From Burkholderiales bacterium (lineage in GTDB: Bacteria > Pseudomonadota > Gammaproteobacteria > Burkholderiales > Burkholderiaceae_F), in contig JBFZCF010000001.1 of assembly GCA_041308065.1 (NCBI GenBank), positions 1 to 46,550 of the forward strand: a DNA stretch of 46,550 bases. Direction: 5' to 3'. Under the pieces are notes generated by a model. It saw only the letters and a list, made by a program, of their open reading frames with translations. It was not told the DNA's origin and ran no database searches. Below, piece after piece: positions 22,239 to 34,038 of the stretch (position 1 is the stretch's first letter; every line of letters begins with the position of its first letter). A program made the position numbers and the translations under genes.

Positions 22239-23009
22239 CTAGAAGGCGCAGAGCGAGAGCTCGAACGGGACGTCGCGGTCGAAGGAGCGCGGCTTCAGGT
22301 CGCGGTCCTGCGTGGTGAACCGGATCCACAGCATGTACTTGTTGGCGCTGATCTCGGGAATCGCATTCAGTTCGCCATCGATCCGAACCTGCAGCAGCGC
22401 GTAGGTGCGGCCCTGGAGTATCTGCTGGAACGCGCCCTGGGCGGCGACCTGGTCGCTCCGGTGCGCGGTTTCCCTGAGCAGCTTCAGGACGATCGCGAGC
22501 GCGTCGTGGAACTGCATCATCGGCTGGACCCAGGCCTGCAGGTCGCGGGAGCGACTCTCGGCGCCCCGGGTCAGCCAGGCGTGATACGACGGCAGGTCGA
22601 ACTCGCAGGTCCCGCCGGGAATGTTCGCGCGACTGCGGATGCTCATCAGCCACTCGTTGTCGCGGATGTGCTGCCCCGCCTTGCCGGTGGTCGCGTTCAG
22701 GTGCTGCTGCGCATGCTCGATCTCGCCGAGCACGGCGGCGAGCGCAGCCTCGGAGACCTGAGGATTGTTGCGCAGGGCCTGCAGCGTCTGCCGATGACGC
22801 TCGAGTTCCAGCAGCAGATCCGACTTCAGGTCCGCGCGGGAAGTGACTTCGAGGATCTCGAACAGCGTCAGCAGCGCCGTGTGATGACAGTACGAGTGTT
22901 GCTGCTCGCAGAAGTAGAGCAGCTTGTCGAACAGGTCCTCGAGGCGCAGCAGGGTCCGGATTCGTTCGCTGAACGGATACTCGTACAGGACCTGACCGTC
23001 GTTGGCCAT
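22239..23009 (-). CDS. zapD: Cell division protein ZapD
   Basis: 256 aa. N-terminus [21 protein letters not shown] is typical of ZapD/YacF. It has the coaE-zapD-yacG context. Confidence 0.85.
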   Translation of the reverse strand: MANDGQVLYEYPFSERIRTLLRLEDLFDKLLYFCEQQHSYCHHTALLTLFEILEVTSRADLKSDLLLELERHRQTLQALRNNPQVSEAALAAVLGEIEHAQQHLNATTGKAGQHIRDNEWLMSIRSRANIPGGTCEFDLPSYHAWLTRGAESRSRDLQAWVQPMMQFHDALAIVLKLLRETAHRSDQVAAQGAFQQILQGRTYALLQVRIDGELNAIPEISANKYMLWIRFTTQDRDLKPRSFDRDVPFELSLCAF

Positions 23010-23042
23010 GTGTGGAGGGAGCTGAAGAGTGGCGCGACGATA

Positions 23043-23681
23043 TCACACGCTCGCGCTCGACGACGCGTTGGCGAGTTCCAGGTAGCGCTGATGGAGCTTT
23101 TCGACCCGCACCTCGATCTCGTCGAGTGGTGCCTCGTTGAACAGGACATCGTCTGCGGCCTCGAGTCGCTGGGTCCGCGTCGCCTGCGCAGCGACAATGG
23201 CGCGCGCGACGCTTCTGTCGATGCCGGGACGCATGCAGACGCGGGCAAGCTGGGTTGCTTCCGAGCAATCGACCACGAGAGTGCGATCGAACCGGCCCCG
23301 GGCGTCGCCGGACTCCACGAGCAAGGGAATCACGAAGACGACATACGGGCTGCCCGCTGCGCAGAGCTGCTCGGCTCGATGATTCGACATCGCCCGGACC
23401 AGCGGATGGAGGATGGCCTCCAGTCGCGCCCGGGCACCAGAGTCCGCGAATGCGCGTGCGCGCATCCATGAACGGTCCAGCGACCCGTCGGCCCCGATCG
23501 CGGCCTCGCCGAACGCGGTCCGGAGAGCGTCGATGGCGCTGCCGCCCCGCTGCGTGAGTTCGTGCGCGATGGCATCGGCGTCCACGATCCCGGCGCCATG
23601 GCGCGACAACATGCGGCCTATCGTGCTCTTCCCGCTTCCGACGCCGCCGGTCAGGCCGACGCTGAAACAGGCGCGCTTCAA
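23043..23681 (-). CDS. coaE: Dephospho-CoA kinase CoaE
   Basis: P-loop GLTGGVGSGKST lies near the N-terminus if the TTG at 23681 is the start (TTGA overlap with the pilD stop). The track ORF to 24047 is an over-extension into pilD. Confidence 0.85.
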   Translation of the reverse strand: MKRACFSVGLTGGVGSGKSTIGRMLSRHGAGIVDADAIAHELTQRGGSAIDALRTAFGEAAIGADGSLDRSWMRARAFADSGARARLEAILHPLVRAMSNHRAEQLCAAGSPYVVFVIPLLVESGDARGRFDRTLVVDCSEATQLARVCMRPGIDRSVARAIVAAQATRTQRLEAADDVLFNEAPLDEIEVRVEKLHQRYLELANASSSASV

Positions 23682-24514
23682 AGCGGAACCAGCCAGCGGG
23701 TGAAGAGATCGCCCGTGAGCAGCACGATGAATCCGGCCGCGGCCAGGTACGGACCGAACGGAATCGGGATCTCGCGGCCTCGCCTCGCCAGCACGATCAG
23801 CACGATGCCCACGAGCGCGCCGACGAGAGAAGACAGGAGCACGATCGGCAGCAAAGCCTTCCAGCCCATCCAGGCGCCGAGGGCCGCCAGCAACTTGAAG
23901 TCGCCGTAGCCCATGCCTTCCTTGCCGGTGACGAGCTTGAACAGCCAGTAGATGGACCACAGCACGAGGTAGCCGGCCATGGCCCCGAGGACGGCGTCCT
24001 GCAGCGGGACGAAGGTGCCGAACACGTTGCTGCCGAGGCCCAGCCACAGCAGCGGAAGCGTCAGGTCGTCAGGCAGCAGCGTCGTATCGGCGTCGATGAA
24101 GGTGAGCGCCACCAGGGTCCAGGTGAACGCCAGCGCCAGCAGCATCGCCGGCGTGAATCCGAACCGGTAGGCGACCAGGGCGGACAGCGCGGCCGTCAGC
24201 GCCTCGACGATCGGGTAGCGCGCCGAGATCCTCGTTCCGCAGTGGCCGCACCTGCCCCTCAGCGCGACCCACGAAACGAGCGGGATGTTGTCGATGACGC
24301 GCAGCGGCGTCCTGCAGTGGGGGCAGTGGGAGCCGGGAACGACCAGGTTGTATCGCGGGCCGGCCGTCACGGGCTCTGCACCGGCGAGCTCGGCGCACTG
24401 GGTCTTCCACTCGTTCTCCATCATCCTCGGCAGACGATGGATCACGACGTTCAGGAAGGAGCCGATCGCCAGTCCGAAGGCGGCGACCACGAGGAGCAGA
24501 ACGGATTCCGGCAA
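23678..24514 (-). CDS. pilD: Prepilin peptidase / N-methyltransferase PilD (A24 family)
   Basis: 278 aa with the CPHC...CGHC cysteine pairs and GMGYGDFKLLAALGAW active-site block. Confidence 0.93.
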   Translation of the reverse strand: MPESVLLLVVAAFGLAIGSFLNVVIHRLPRMMENEWKTQCAELAGAEPVTAGPRYNLVVPGSHCPHCRTPLRVIDNIPLVSWVALRGRCGHCGTRISARYPIVEALTAALSALVAYRFGFTPAMLLALAFTWTLVALTFIDADTTLLPDDLTLPLLWLGLGSNVFGTFVPLQDAVLGAMAGYLVLWSIYWLFKLVTGKEGMGYGDFKLLAALGAWMGWKALLPIVLLSSLVGALVGIVLIVLARRGREIPIPFGPYLAAAGFIVLLTGDLFTRWLVPL

Positions 24515-24563
24515 GATGACAGTCGCGGGTGACGCTGTGCGCCACCCGCGTCCCCGCGTGACG

Positions 24564-25793
24564 TTATACGACCTGGCCGAGCTTGAAGATCGGCATGTAG
24601 ATCGCGACGACGATACCCCCGATCAGCACGCCGAGGATCACCATGATCATCGGTTCCAGCATGCTCGACAGCGCGTCCACGGTCTCGTCGACCTCGCGCT
24701 CGTAGTAGTCGGCCACCTTGGACAGCATCGAGTCCAGCGACCCCGACTCCTCGCCGATCTGCGTCATCTGGATCGCCATGTTGGGGAACACGCCGGTGTT
24801 CTGCATCGATTGCGCCAGGCTCGTGCCGACGTTCACCTCGGTCTGCACCTGCTTCGTCGCTTCCTTGTACACCGCATTGCCGGACGAGGGGCCGACCGAG
24901 TCGAGTGCCTCGACCAGCGGCACGCCGGCCGCGAAGGTGGTGGCGAGCGTGCGGCTCCAGCGGGCAATTGCCGCCTTCTGCAGCATTTCGCCGAGGACCG
25001 GCAGCTTCAGCGCGAGCCGGTCGATGGTCGCCTGGATCTTCGGGGATCGCTTCCAGGCCTGTATGAGGAAGTAGATGCCGCCGAACAGCAGGCCGAACAC
25101 GATGTACCAGTACGCGACGAAGAAGTCGGACATCGCGATCACGACCAGGGTGGGTGCCGGCAAGTCGGCGCCGAAGCTGGTGAACACGCTCTTGAACGAC
25201 GGGATCACGAAGATCATGATCACCGCGGTCACCAGGATGGCGACCATGATGATCATCACCGGGTAGAAGAGCGCCTTCTTGATCTTCCCCTTCAGGGCGA
25301 TCGTCTTCTCCTGGTACATCGCCAGCCGATCCAGCAGGGTCTCCAGAATGCCCGCCTGCTCCCCGGCGGCGACCAGGTTGCAGAACAGCGGATCGAAGTA
25401 CAGCGGGTACTTGCGGAATGCCTGGTTCAGGCTCGTGCCGGTCTCGACATCCGAGCGGATGTCGTTCATCAGCCGCGCCATTGACGGATTCGCGTGACCG
25501 CGGCCGACGATGTCGAACGACTGCATCAGCGGCACGCCCGCCTTCAGCATCGTCGACAACTGCCGCGTGAACAGAGCGAGGTCCTTCCCGGTGATCTTGC
25601 GCCCGCGCGTGAAGCTCAGCTTCTTGATCTTCGTGGCCATGATGCCGCGGCGCCGCAGCGCCGCCGCCACCACGGAGTCGCCGCCCGCGCGCATCTCGCC
25701 CTTGACCACGCGCCCGTTCTTGTCGCGGCCCTCCCACTTGAAGACCGCTTCCTTGATCTCCACGCGTGGTTTGGCAATTGCTCCTGTCGCCAT
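24564..25793 (-). CDS. pilC: Type IV pilus platform protein PilC (GspF family)
   Basis: 409 aa with two GspF repeats and three TM segments, between pilB and pilD. Confidence 0.93.
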   Translation of the reverse strand: MATGAIAKPRVEIKEAVFKWEGRDKNGRVVKGEMRAGGDSVVAAALRRRGIMATKIKKLSFTRGRKITGKDLALFTRQLSTMLKAGVPLMQSFDIVGRGHANPSMARLMNDIRSDVETGTSLNQAFRKYPLYFDPLFCNLVAAGEQAGILETLLDRLAMYQEKTIALKGKIKKALFYPVMIIMVAILVTAVIMIFVIPSFKSVFTSFGADLPAPTLVVIAMSDFFVAYWYIVFGLLFGGIYFLIQAWKRSPKIQATIDRLALKLPVLGEMLQKAAIARWSRTLATTFAAGVPLVEALDSVGPSSGNAVYKEATKQVQTEVNVGTSLAQSMQNTGVFPNMAIQMTQIGEESGSLDSMLSKVADYYEREVDETVDALSSMLEPMIMVILGVLIGGIVVAIYMPIFKLGQVV

Positions 25794-25812
25794 CGTCGCT
25801 CCGCCGTCCGTC

Positions 25813-27549
25813 CTATTCGTTGGTGCAGCCCAGGACCTCTTCGAGGGAGGTCATGCCCTGCTTCACTTTCAGCAGTCCGGACTGCCGCAGGTCGCGCACT
25901 CCGTTTCGCTGTGCCTCGCGCCCGATATCGAGCGCGGTCGCATGCTTGAGAATCATGTCCTGCATCGTCTCGGTGATCGGCATGACCTGGTAGATGCCGA
26001 GACGGCCCTTGTAGCCGCTGCCCTTGCAGCGCTCGCAACCGACGGCCTTGTACGGCATCCAGCTGCCGTCGATGTCCGATTCCGCAAATCCGGCGGCCAG
26101 CAGCGCTTCCGTGGACAGGTCGGCCGGCTGCTTGCAGCTGCAGAGACGCCGCGCGAGACGCTGGGCGGTGATCAGGATGACGCTCGACGCGATGTTGAAC
26201 GGCGCCACGCCCATGTTGTCGAGTCGCACTAGCGTCGACGGCGCGTCGTTCGTGTGCAGCGTCGACATCACCATGTGGCCCGTCTGCGCAGCCTTGATCG
26301 CGATGTCCGCGGTTTCGAGGTCGCGAATCTCGCCAACCATGATGATGTCCGGATCCTGGCGCAGGAAGGCCCGCAGCGAGTTGGCGAATGTGAGTCCCGC
26401 CTTCTCGTTAACGTTGACCTGGTTGATGCCGGCGATCTGGATCTCCGCCGGGTCCTCGGCGGTTGAGATGTTTACGCCCGGCTCGTTGAGGATGTTCAGG
26501 CAGCTGTACAGTGACACGGTCTTTCCGGAGCCGGTCGGGCCGGTGACCAGGACCATCCCGTAAGGCCGCCGGATGGCATCCAGCAGTAACTCCTTCTGGT
26601 CCGGTTCGTAGCCGAGCGCTTCGATCCCCATCTTCGCCTGCGACGGATCGAGAATGCGCATCACGATCTTCTCGCCGAACATCGTGGGCAGCGTGCTGAC
26701 GCGGAAGTCGATCGCGCGCTGGCCGGACAGGGCAAGCTTCATCCTCCCGTCCTGCGGCACGCGTTTTTCCGAGATGTCGAGCTTCGAGATGACCTTGATG
26801 CGCGTCGAGAGCCGCTCCCTGATCGCCAGCGGCGGCTGCGCGATCTCGCGCAGGACGCCGTCGATCCGGAACCGGATCCGGTAGAACTTCTCGTACGGCT
26901 CGAAGTGCAGGTCGGAGGCGCCTTCCCCGATCGCGTCGAGCAGGAGCTTCTGAAGGAAGCGGACGACGGGCGCGTCGTCGACCTCCGAGGTGTCCTCGGC
27001 CGGGGTCTCGGTCGTTTCCCCGAGCAGCTCGTCGAAGGTCACGTCGTCGCCGCCGACCATGCTCTCGAGCGCCTGCGCCGTGGTCTGGGCGCTGGCATCG
27101 ACCAGCCTCATCAGCTTGTCGTGCTCGACCACGACGATGTCGAGCGCCAGCTGCGTCTGGAACTTGATCTGGTCCAGCGCCTGGAGGTTCGTCGGGTCGG
27201 ACATCGCGACCGCGAGCCGGTTGCCGCGCTTGCGCAGCGCGACGACGCGCAGCGAACCCACGAGCTTCCGGTCGATGATGTCCCGCGGCAACTGTTCGTG
27301 ATCGACGGCGGCTAGGTCGAGCAGAGGATGGCCGAACGTGTCCGCGGCGAACTTCGCGACAGCCGCCGGGTTCAGGCCCGTGACCTCCGTCGAGCCGATC
27401 AGCTCATCGATGAACTGCGTGTTCGACTGCAGCGCCTTGCGGGCGAAGTTCTCCGCGCGGTCCGGCCGCAGCTTGCCCTGCTGCACCAGTGCGCGCGCAA
27501 GCCCGGTCAGCGTTCCTGCAGCGGCAGGACCTTGAATGACGGCAGACAT
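25813..27549 (-). CDS. pilB: Type IV pilus assembly ATPase PilB (GspE family)
   Basis: 578 aa with Walker A GPTGSGKT, Asp/His boxes and a tetracysteine motif (CSCK...CERCKGSG). Confidence 0.95.
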   Translation of the reverse strand: MSAVIQGPAAAGTLTGLARALVQQGKLRPDRAENFARKALQSNTQFIDELIGSTEVTGLNPAAVAKFAADTFGHPLLDLAAVDHEQLPRDIIDRKLVGSLRVVALRKRGNRLAVAMSDPTNLQALDQIKFQTQLALDIVVVEHDKLMRLVDASAQTTAQALESMVGGDDVTFDELLGETTETPAEDTSEVDDAPVVRFLQKLLLDAIGEGASDLHFEPYEKFYRIRFRIDGVLREIAQPPLAIRERLSTRIKVISKLDISEKRVPQDGRMKLALSGQRAIDFRVSTLPTMFGEKIVMRILDPSQAKMGIEALGYEPDQKELLLDAIRRPYGMVLVTGPTGSGKTVSLYSCLNILNEPGVNISTAEDPAEIQIAGINQVNVNEKAGLTFANSLRAFLRQDPDIIMVGEIRDLETADIAIKAAQTGHMVMSTLHTNDAPSTLVRLDNMGVAPFNIASSVILITAQRLARRLCSCKQPADLSTEALLAAGFAESDIDGSWMPYKAVGCERCKGSGYKGRLGIYQVMPITETMQDMILKHATALDIGREAQRNGVRDLRQSGLLKVKQGMTSLEEVLGCTNE

Positions 27550-27727
27550 CGGTTGTAGGAGCTTTCTTCGGGGTGTCGATCGGTCTCGCGAACGGCCAAT
27601 TTATAGCGGTCGCACCACCCTAGAGAAGGCTAAAGATAGTGCAGTTAACCCCCGGATTTGTAAACCTTAACTACCGCATTGAAGGCAAGCTGATCGAGGG
27701 ACGCGCAGTGCCGGGGAGCACGGCCTG

Positions 27728-29011
27728 TCACCCGGCCATCGCGGTAGCGCGGCGGATCAGCCGGGCGCTCCGGATGGCCTGTTCGTCGACCTGCACGACC
27801 TCGACGACGACACCGGGAAAGCGGACGCAGCAGGGCGCATCGGGAATCTCCTGAAGGCTCTCCACCAGCAGCCCATTGAGCGTCTTCGGGCCGTCCAGCG
27901 GGAGCGCGAGCCCAAGCTGCCGATTGAGGTCCCGCAGCATTGCCGCCCCTTCCACTTGTGCCTGTCCATCGGCAGTCCAGCGCAGCCGGCGCGATCCCGT
28001 GCCGGGCGCGTTGGTCGCGAGCTCGCCGACGATCTCCTCGATGATGTCTTCGAGCGTCACCAGCCCCTGCACCTCGCCGTACTCGTCGACGACGAGCCCG
28101 AGGCGCTGCTTGTTGTCCTGGAAGTGCTGCAGTTGCTGGAACAGCGGCGTGCCGCTGGGAACGAAGTACGTCGGCACCAGCGCGCTGCGGACCGAGGCGA
28201 TCGTGAAGTCGTCGCCGGCGAGCAGGTGCATGAGCTTGCGGACGTGCAGCACGCCGATGGTGCGGTTGATGTCACCTTCGTGCACCGGGATCTTGTTGTG
28301 GTAGCAGGTGCGCAGTTGCTCGAGCACGGCGTCCCGCGGCTGCTCGATGTCGAGCGACTCGATGCGCGCGCGCGGCATCATCACGTCGTCGACGGAGAGC
28401 TCCTCGAGGTCGAAGAGATTCAGCAGGATGCTTCGATGCTTGCCGGGAATGAAGTTGCCGCCCTCGAGGACCAGCGTGCGCAGTTCCTCGGAAGTCAGGC
28501 GCGTGCCCTCCGCGCTCGGCACGCTGGGAATCCTCATGGCCCACAGCATCGCCTTGACGAAGAGGTTGACGAACCACACCACCGGCTGGAAGAGGCGGAG
28601 GAACCCGGAAAGCGGGTACGACAGCGGCAGTGCGATCCGCTCGGGAAACGTCGCCCCGATCACCTTGGGAGTGATCTCGGAGAAGACCAGGATCAGGAAG
28701 GTGATGGCGCCGGTCGCGGCGAGCAGTGCCCACTCGTTGTTCCCCACCAGGCGGATGGCCATCGCCGTGACCAGCGCCGTCGCGGCCGCGTTCACGAGGT
28801 TGTTGCCAAGCAGGATGGTGCCGAGCAGGCGGTCGGTTCTGGACAGGAGAGACTGAACGCGCTTGGCGGAGCGATTGCCCTGCCGCACCAGGTGGCGCAG
28901 CCGAAGACGGCTGAGCGCCATCATCGACGTCTCTGAAATCGAGAACAGCGCCGAGATCAGGAGTAGGACGCCGAGGGCCGTGAGTTCAACCCAGAGCGGA
29001 AACTCATCCAC
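27728..29011 (-). CDS. HlyC/CorC family transporter (DUF21-CBS pair-CorC_HlyC)
   Basis: 427 aa with N-terminal DUF21 TM region, CBS pair and C-terminal transporter-associated domain pattern. Confidence 0.88.
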   Translation of the reverse strand: MDEFPLWVELTALGVLLLISALFSISETSMMALSRLRLRHLVRQGNRSAKRVQSLLSRTDRLLGTILLGNNLVNAAATALVTAMAIRLVGNNEWALLAATGAITFLILVFSEITPKVIGATFPERIALPLSYPLSGFLRLFQPVVWFVNLFVKAMLWAMRIPSVPSAEGTRLTSEELRTLVLEGGNFIPGKHRSILLNLFDLEELSVDDVMMPRARIESLDIEQPRDAVLEQLRTCYHNKIPVHEGDINRTIGVLHVRKLMHLLAGDDFTIASVRSALVPTYFVPSGTPLFQQLQHFQDNKQRLGLVVDEYGEVQGLVTLEDIIEEIVGELATNAPGTGSRRLRWTADGQAQVEGAAMLRDLNRQLGLALPLDGPKTLNGLLVESLQEIPDAPCCVRFPGVVVEVVQVDEQAIRSARLIRRATAMAG

Positions 29012-29059
29012 GCGCTGGCCCCGGGCTTAACGCGGTGCTGAAACGGACGTTGGAGGGAT

Positions 29060-29136
29060 TGGTCGGGGTGAGAGGATTTGAACCTCCGACTCCTGCGTCC
29101 CGAACGCAGTACTCTACCAGGCTGAGCTACACCCCG
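29060..29136 (-). tRNA. tRNA-Pro (anticodon CGG), CCA encoded
   Basis: The reverse complement folds as a cloverleaf: acceptor CGGGGTG/CACCCCG, anticodon stem CTGCG/CGCAG with loop TTCGGGA, T-arm GGAGG-TTCAAAT-CCTCT, and 3' ACCA. Confidence 0.93.
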
Positions 29137-29170
29137 ATCGCATCATTCGACCGACTCGCTGCGGCCTTGA

Positions 29171-30223
29171 CTACCGGTCGCGGTCGACTGCGAAAGCGAG
29201 CAAGTGTATCAAAGAATCCCTGGAGTCAGAGGGTGGCAGCGACTCGACGGCGAGCCTCCCTTCATCGGCTTCGCGTTGCGCCAGCTTCAGGGAGTAGGCG
29301 AGGGAGCCGTTGTCGGTCACGATGCGGGCAATCGCGCCGAAGTCGCCGTTGCCGTCGCGGACCGCGCGCGCGACCAGGTCCCGCTGTTCGGGCACGGCGC
29401 TTCGCAACGCGTGGATCAGCGGCAGCGTGACCTTTCCTTCCCGGAGATCGTCGCCGAGACGCTTGCCGATGTCTTCGGCGTGGCCCGAATAATCGAGCAC
29501 GTCGTCGGTGATCTGGAACGCCCGGCCGAGGCTGGCGCCGTAGCGGGCGCACTTCTCTTCCTGCTCGGGACCGGCGCCGGCCAGGACGGCGGCAATCCGG
29601 GCGCCCGCCTCGAATAGAGTCGCCGTCTTGCGTTCGACTACTCCGAAATAGCGCTCCTCGTCGACGGACGGGTCGTGGATGTTGAGCAGCTGCAGCACTT
29701 CCCCTTCTGCGATGCGGTTCGTGGCGTCGGCCAGTATGCGCATCACGCGCATGCTCCCGGCGTCCACCATCATCTGGAACGAGCGGGAGTAGAGGAAGTC
29801 CCCGACCAGCACGCTCGCGGCGTTGCCGAACATGGCGTTCGCGGTCGACCGCCCGCGGCGGAGGTCGGACTCGTCGACGACATCGTCGTGCAGCAGGGTG
29901 GCGGTGTGTATGAATTCGATTACCGCGGCGAGCAGGACGTGGGCGTTCCCGGCATATCCGAGCGCGCGCGCGACGAGCAGCAGCACGGCGGGTCGGAGGC
30001 GCTTTCCGCCAGCCCTGATGATGTAGTCGGCCACCGTGTTGATCAGCACGACGTCGGAGTCGAGGCGGGCGCGGATCACTTCGTCCACATCGCGCATGTC
30101 CGTGGTGATCGGCTGCAGGACCCGCTTGAGGTCGAGCACCCGGTCCTCGACGCCTCCCGGGGGCCCCGAAGATGCGGCAGCAGCCGAAGGGGCGACGTTC
30201 TGGCCGATTGTGGGGGCGTACAT
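29171..30223 (-). CDS. ispB: Octaprenyl-diphosphate synthase IspB
   Basis: Polyprenyl synthase DDxxD motifs (LLHDDVVDE, QITDDVLD). The start is uncertain: ATG 30223 is favoured, with 30256 or 30349 possible. Confidence 0.9.
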   Translation of the reverse strand: MYAPTIGQNVAPSAAAASSGPPGGVEDRVLDLKRVLQPITTDMRDVDEVIRARLDSDVVLINTVADYIIRAGGKRLRPAVLLLVARALGYAGNAHVLLAAVIEFIHTATLLHDDVVDESDLRRGRSTANAMFGNAASVLVGDFLYSRSFQMMVDAGSMRVMRILADATNRIAEGEVLQLLNIHDPSVDEERYFGVVERKTATLFEAGARIAAVLAGAGPEQEEKCARYGASLGRAFQITDDVLDYSGHAEDIGKRLGDDLREGKVTLPLIHALRSAVPEQRDLVARAVRDGNGDFGAIARIVTDNGSLAYSLKLAQREADEGRLAVESLPPSDSRDSLIHLLAFAVDRDR

Positions 30224-30295
30224 CGGCGCGATTATAGGTGGGCGGGCGCTCTCCATGCCCGGGGGCCCGGAACCTGGGGCAGACCGGGTCACGGT

Positions 30296-30325
30296 TTGAC
30301 GCGCCGCGACGACCGGTGCGATAAT
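30296..30325 (+). promoter_or_regulatory. Candidate sigma-70 promoter for rplU-rpmA (TTGACG-18 nt-GATAAT)
   Basis: Motifs read directly. It would give a leader of about 170 nt before the rplU ATG. Confidence 0.45.
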
Positions 30326-30501
30326 CCCCGGCTTTCCGCGCTCCGCCATGGTGGCGTGGAGTCAGGAAACTGGAGACCGGTCGAGCAGCTTGGGCCGGCC
30401 TCCCGGATTGGAGCCCGACCTCCTGTTGGTTCGGGCATGGGCCGTAGTCGACAACCGCCGTGCCTGGATCGGACGCGGGGTCGGCCGGCAGGAGAAAAGG
30501 C

Positions 30502-30810
30502 ATGCATGCAGTCATCAAGACCGGCGGGAAGCAGTACCGCGTCGCGCCCGGCGATACCGTGAAGGTCGAAACCCTGGCCGCCGAGGTTGGGCAGCAGGTG
30601 ACGCTGTCCGAAGTGCTCACCGTCAGCAACGGCGACGTCGTCAAGGTCGGTGCGCCTTTCGTGGAGGGAGCCGCGGTCGTCGCCACGGTCGTTGCCCACG
30701 GGCGGCACGACAAAGTCACGATCTTCAAGATGAAGCGCCGCAAGCACTATCAGAAGCACCAGGGGCATCGTCAGAACTTCACCGAACTGCGCATCGAGTC
30801 GATCGCGTAA
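30502..30810 (+). CDS. rplU: 50S ribosomal protein L21
   Basis: [18 protein letters not shown]... with a GGAGA Shine-Dalgarno upstream. The track ORF from 30460 over-extends. Confidence 0.95.
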   Translation: MHAVIKTGGKQYRVAPGDTVKVETLAAEVGQQVTLSEVLTVSNGDVVKVGAPFVEGAAVVATVVAHGRHDKVTIFKMKRRKHYQKHQGHRQNFTELRIESIA

Positions 30811-30831
30811 GCGGCCGGGCAGGAGCAGAAC

Positions 30832-31104
30832 ATGGCACACAAGAAAGCAGGCGGATCGTCACGCAACGGCCGCGATTCCCAGTCGAAGCGACTGGGTGTG
30901 AAGATCTTCGGCGGCCAGGGCATCGAGCCGGGCCAGATCATCGTTCGCCAGCGCGGCACGCAGTTTCACGCCGGCGACAACGTCGGCATGGGCCGCGACC
31001 ACACGCTGTTCTCGCTGGTGACCGGAAAGGTCAAGTTCGATGTCAGGGGCGCGCAGAACCGCCGTGTCGTCAGCGTCGAGCCGGTCGCCGAGCAGAGCGC
31101 CTGA
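30832..31104 (+). CDS. rpmA: 50S ribosomal protein L27
   Basis: [24 protein letters not shown]..., 90 aa. Confidence 0.97.
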   Translation: MAHKKAGGSSRNGRDSQSKRLGVKIFGGQGIEPGQIIVRQRGTQFHAGDNVGMGRDHTLFSLVTGKVKFDVRGAQNRRVVSVEPVAEQSA

Positions 31105-31128
31105 GCGTCCGCGGCAGACACGCATGTG

Positions 31129-33363
<2,235 letters not shown>

Positions 33364-33366
33364 TCG

Positions 33367-33951
33367 TCAGGCCGCTTCGCCGGGCGGCTCGGGGCCAGCC
33401 ACGACGGCTCCGTTCGCCGCGCTGACCCCGCCTGCCTGCGGGAGGCGCGGACGCAGTGCCTTGTGGTGCGGACGCCCCGGTTTGAAGACGAAGCGCGAGA
33501 GCTCGAGCAGGGCTTGCTGGTAGACGTCGCGCTTGAACTCGATCACCGTTTCGAGCGGCACCCAGTACTCGTGCCACCGCCAGGCGTCGAACTCGGGGTG
33601 CGCGGTCGCGCGCAGGCAGACATCGCAGTCGCGCCCGGTCAGCCGCAACAGAAACCAGATCTGCTTCTGGCCGCGGTAATTCCCGCGCAGCTCGCGCCGT
33701 ATCCACTGTTCCGGGACGTCGTAACGCAGCCACTCGCGGGTGCGGCCCACGATCTTCACGTGCTCGGCCTTCAGTCCGACTTCTTCCCAGAGTTCGCGCA
33801 ACATCGCCTGCTCAGGGGACTCGCCGTACTTGATCCCGCCTTGCGGGAACTGCCACGAATGCTGTTTTACCCGTTTACCCCAGAAGACCTCGTTGCGGCT
33901 GTTGAGCAGGATGATGCCGACGTTCGGGCGGTACCCGTCCTTGTCCAGCAT
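33367..33951 (-). CDS. rppH: RNA pyrophosphohydrolase RppH (NudH)
   Basis: [15 protein letters not shown]... with Nudix box [23 protein letters not shown]. Confidence 0.93.
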   Translation of the reverse strand: MLDKDGYRPNVGIILLNSRNEVFWGKRVKQHSWQFPQGGIKYGESPEQAMLRELWEEVGLKAEHVKIVGRTREWLRYDVPEQWIRRELRGNYRGQKQIWFLLRLTGRDCDVCLRATAHPEFDAWRWHEYWVPLETVIEFKRDVYQQALLELSRFVFKPGRPHHKALRPRLPQAGGVSAANGAVVAGPEPPGEAA

Positions 33952-34038
33952 GCCAACCCCTGAACCTTTAGAATCTGCGGCCGATTATAGGGGCCGGTTT
34001 TTCGAGGGCACAACACAGGTTTCACACGGATCTCCGGC

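Noticed and set aside
27639-27854. 71-aa plus-strand ORF upstream of pilB, considered as a possible pilin.
   Set aside because: It lacks a prepilin leader or hydrophobic N-terminus, starts with GTG, and runs antisense into the CorC gene.
29012-29170. tRNA-Pro as a possible genomic-island integration site.
   Set aside because: Both flanks are core genes (the CorC transporter and ispB). There is no integrase, no duplicated tRNA 3' end and no shift in GC content.
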